Assembly (NCBI GenBank): GCA_003427395.1
Contig: BFEA01000002.1
Location: 3,967,010 to 4,031,009 of the forward strand
Length of the DNA: 64,000 bases
Reading direction: 5' to 3'
DNA from: Chara braunii
Lineage: Eukaryota; Plantae; Charophyceae
Numbering within the stretch: position 1 is the first letter of the stretch; each line of letters starts with the position of its first letter. A program made the position numbers and the translations under genes. The notes under the pieces were generated by a model. It searched no databases. It saw only the letters and a list, made by a program, of their open reading frames with translations, and was not told the origin of the DNA. This document shows, one piece after another, positions 60,861-64,000 of the stretch.

Positions 60861-63153
60861 GTGCCCGTTAATAAGCCATAATTTTAGGAAATGTACGGGT
60901 CACTACTGGAGCGCCCGAATTCATCCGACCAGAAACGTTTCTAGTACTTTCTACTAAGTTTCTAGTAAGTTTCTACTCTATTTTTTTCCATGGCTGATAG
61001 GTGGACCAAGTACTGGTGGTAAGACGGGCAATACAACATTACTAGTCATATTTCAGACAGTGGGGCTCATGTATGTCGAATACAGGACTCAAACACACAA
61101 CTGTTGTCTCGACAGACAAACACCGAACCATAAGGCTAAGCGGGCCGGTGTGACAAGTGCAGAGGCAGAGCAACGAGGCTGGGAGAGAGACACACGCTCA
61201 CTCAACTCGACGCAGACTCGACACGACTCGAAGGACGCAGGCACAAAGTGGCAAAAGTCGCAAAGTCGCAGTCTTGAATTCCCGAACACAATGTCGAAGC
61301 AATGTCACACTGAACGCAAGCACTGAGGCTGAAAACTTGGTGCCCGTACTGGGCTTAAGTCTGAACATAAGTACCGGACTCAAGTACGGTCCTGAGGGCG
61401 AAAGTGAAAATGCCTCAGGGCCAGAACTGAAAATCGAAAGTCTGAGAGTGGGCGCCAGAATGTCGGATGGCGCCAAGTGTCCGGAATCCGAAAGTCCCAA
61501 AAAAAGGAATTTGAAAACGGGCGCCAGAATGCAGATGGCCCCAACTGTCCGGAATCAGAAAAGCAAGAATCAGAATAAAAAAAAATTGCAAAACAAAAAA
61601 AAAGAAAACAAATACAGCAAGCTGGAGGGTGGTAACTCGCAGACCACGGACCGAGCCCTGGCGGAGTCCATAACAGCTGGGGTGAAAGTGAAGCCCTAAG
61701 ATGAGCACTTCAACCCCACCCCAGCACGGAGATCCCGTGACACGGTGTACCCAACCACACTCACCCTACATGCTTTCATGGAGATCCTGTGAAAGCATGT
61801 GTATGTCGAATACAGGACTCGAACACACAACTCTCGGCTGGGCTCGACCCTTGGTGCGGGTAATGCCCTCGTCTGTACCATTGCATCTCAACGCCCACTT
61901 TTGACCATAAAGTGCTGCCACTGGAAACTCCACATTCAAACAACTGGCATTTTATTGAATTAAACACAATTTTTGATGGCACGATTTGAGTACGCTTTTG
62001 GGGTTTTGGCACCTTCGTACGGCTCATTAGCAGTGCTATATTAGGTCTTAGCTGTCCCGAACAAATGCCAAGTGCAGTGCGGAGTTACCTGACCCATTCA
62101 AGATCTTTCAGGTCAATATCAGAAAAAAAGGAAGTCGACATTGTGCAAGGGCATGAAGGAGATGCAGGAGCTGCAGGCAGGTCGGCCTCACCTGGGTGGT
62201 TGCTGAAGCAGAGTAGAGGAGGACAGGCACAAGGATAAGGATGCTAGACAAACTAGAGAGGCAACGGTTGCCGAGTCAAAGCCAACGGAGAAGGAGAGGA
62301 CCACCCAGGACATGGAGGAGGAGGAATTGAAAGGAATGGACACCTTGAAGGCGAAGGCTGATACCAAAAGGTCCACAGGGCACAACTGGGATCATGGAGA
62401 TATGAGCAGCCTGAACCTTGCGGGGACCAATTAATTTTGGCGATGAGACAGCCGACTAGCTCAAGATCTGCGTTCTGGGAGAGCATGACCTTTCAGATGT
62501 CACAAGACGCTCTGGGCTTGTTAATTAAAAAGAAAAAGAAAAAGAAAAAGACGCCGCATTGGGTGGCCAAGGTGGCGGATTGGACGTCGGGTCGAATGCA
62601 CTTCAGTGCAGTTCGCGGCTTCCACATCCGTCATGGGTTATCCGGATGACGGACGTCTGAAATGCTCCACTGCGCTGAGGCAGCTCCGGGCAATAATCAC
62701 GCTACATGCAACCGAAGCACTGTGGCCAAAAGACAGATATTCACGGACCTCCAGATTATGGAGAAACGTCAGCAGAGTCTTCAAGGAGTATCACAAGCTG
62801 AAACACCTAGCAGCAAGGACATTTCGTTCAGTTGAAGATTAATGGATTATGATGATGAAAGAGCTTTCGTTTCAAAGTAAATGCCTTGCGAATGAAAATT
62901 ACAGCGAGGCCGCATTGCCACGCAAGAGACTCTATCTGCAGCAAGCAAGGCATTGAGACTTAGTATGAGGGGGGAAGGGGGAAAGGGGGGGAGAAAGGAG
63001 GGGAGAAAGGAGGGGGACGGGGGATTCATTACTGGCAAATGCGTCAGGGATTGTGGACGGGCCTTCGTCCTTGTGAGCCAACTTCCAAAGACTAGAACTG
63101 TAGTAGAACTAGAACACAGAAGCACTGTTCACTAAGGGAAAAAAAGAGGTAAG

Positions 63154-63240
63154 CCTTTCTCGGCCTTCTGGCTAAGATCAAGTGTAGTATCTGTTCTGAT
63201 CAGTTTAATATCTGATCCGTGGTCCATCGGACAACACACA

Positions 63241-63267
<27 letters not shown>
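63154..63267 (+). pseudogene. U2: Retroposed, 3'-truncated U2 snRNA copy (~85 nt of U2, then (CA)n and poly(A))
   Basis: cctttctcggccttctggctaagatcaagtgtagtatctgttctgatcagtttaatatctgat is the plant U2 5' end including the GTAGTA branch-point pairing site. No Sm site. TSD aaaaaaagaggtaag at 63139-63153 and 63268-63282. Confidence 0.93.
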
Positions 63268-63274
<7 letters not shown>

Positions 63275-63513
63275 GAGGTAAGACTGTTGGTGGGAGTGTA
63301 TATGCCTGCATGGGCAGGTCCGCACTTCCATGGAGTCTGCACTCCTCGCTGTCAACCCTTGTAGGCTACAGTCAGAAACAGAGCACTCACGCAAGAGGAG
63401 CCTTGCAGCGGGCCTTCATCTGCCCTGGCCTACAGCCAGGGCCTATTTGGCTATTTGCCAGTTCGGCCTGTGGGACCAGGCCGTGGCCTGACCCCACAGG
63501 CCGTATATTGTTT

Positions 63514-63623
63514 CAGTCCAGTCCAGTCCCGCCCGGTACCACGGTCGGTACCAGGCCAGTCCAGTCCAGTCCCGCCCGGTACCACGGTCGGTACCAGGCC
63601 AGTCCAGTCCAGTCCAGTCAGTC
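63514..63623 (+). repeat. Tandem repeat with (CCAGT)n linkers
   Basis: ccagtccagtcccgcccggtaccacggtcggtaccagg occurs twice. Confidence 0.8.
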
Positions 63624-63870
63624 CGCTGGGGGTATACCCCAGCTGCAGTCTGTTTTTCGGTACTCTTCACTTTCGCAGATCTTGGAGTACTTGCGTGTGG
63701 AGTCTGCGTCGGAGCTGCGCTGTCCCCTCCAGCTCCATCTCTACCTCCTCCTTCGTCTCCATCCTAACGGACCGCCAAGGCCGCCGCACGCACGCGCCAC
63801 GTGCCCATGCTGCCCCGCTGCCCCGCCCCGCCCCGCTCCCGGATATATTATATATCCATAGTCTTGCAAT

Positions 63871-63941
63871 TGCAGCCACCGGGGCTTGAACCCGGACACT
63901 CACTGAGCCATGCGCGCGTGTATACCACTTCACCACAGCGC
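63871..63941 (-). pseudogene. tRNA-like sequence (pseudo-tRNA or SINE head)
   Basis: Minus strand GCGCTGTGGTGAAGTGGTATACAC...CCGGGTTCAAGCCCCGGTGGCTGCA: A box, B box, perfect 5-bp T arm and near-complete acceptor stem. The anticodon arm does not pair. Confidence 0.6.
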
Positions 63942-64000
63942 ACGTGTGAGCAAGTAGTGGCGTGCGTTGGTGTTGAAGAGGTGGAACGGCAGCTATTTAC

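Noticed and set aside
63154-63237. Functional U2 gene, or insertion site of a U2-targeting retroelement
   Set aside because: It lacks the Sm site and 3' stems, has poly(A) plus TSD, and no retroelement is attached.

Overview
This is eukaryotic nuclear DNA from a green plant (streptophyte) lineage, not a prokaryote. The evidence is GT-AG introns, a plant-type U2 snRNA fragment and a decayed plastid rbcL insertion. There is one clear protein-coding gene: a 7-exon, + strand, two-KH-domain FUBP-like RNA-binding protein (11515-27855, about 715 aa) with a Q/P/Y/G-rich C-terminal exon. Most other identifiable sequence is transposon debris: three decayed L1/Tx1-like LINEs, a decayed Ty3/gypsy element with an extra upstream ORF, several small palindromic MITE-like families, tRNA-like heads, a retroposed U2 fragment with target-site duplication (TSD) and many local tandem duplications. 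Most notable structures: (1) a LINE with twin-priming (5' inversion) topology, bounded by an 11-bp direct repeat and sitting inside a small TIR element; (2) a 26-bp palindrome family that looks like back-to-back TIRs; (3) a ~109-bp hairpin MITE clustered around exon 2 of the KH gene. I found no evidence for a new multi-gene system. Most ORFs in the supplied track are spurious. All calls were made by eye, without database searches.
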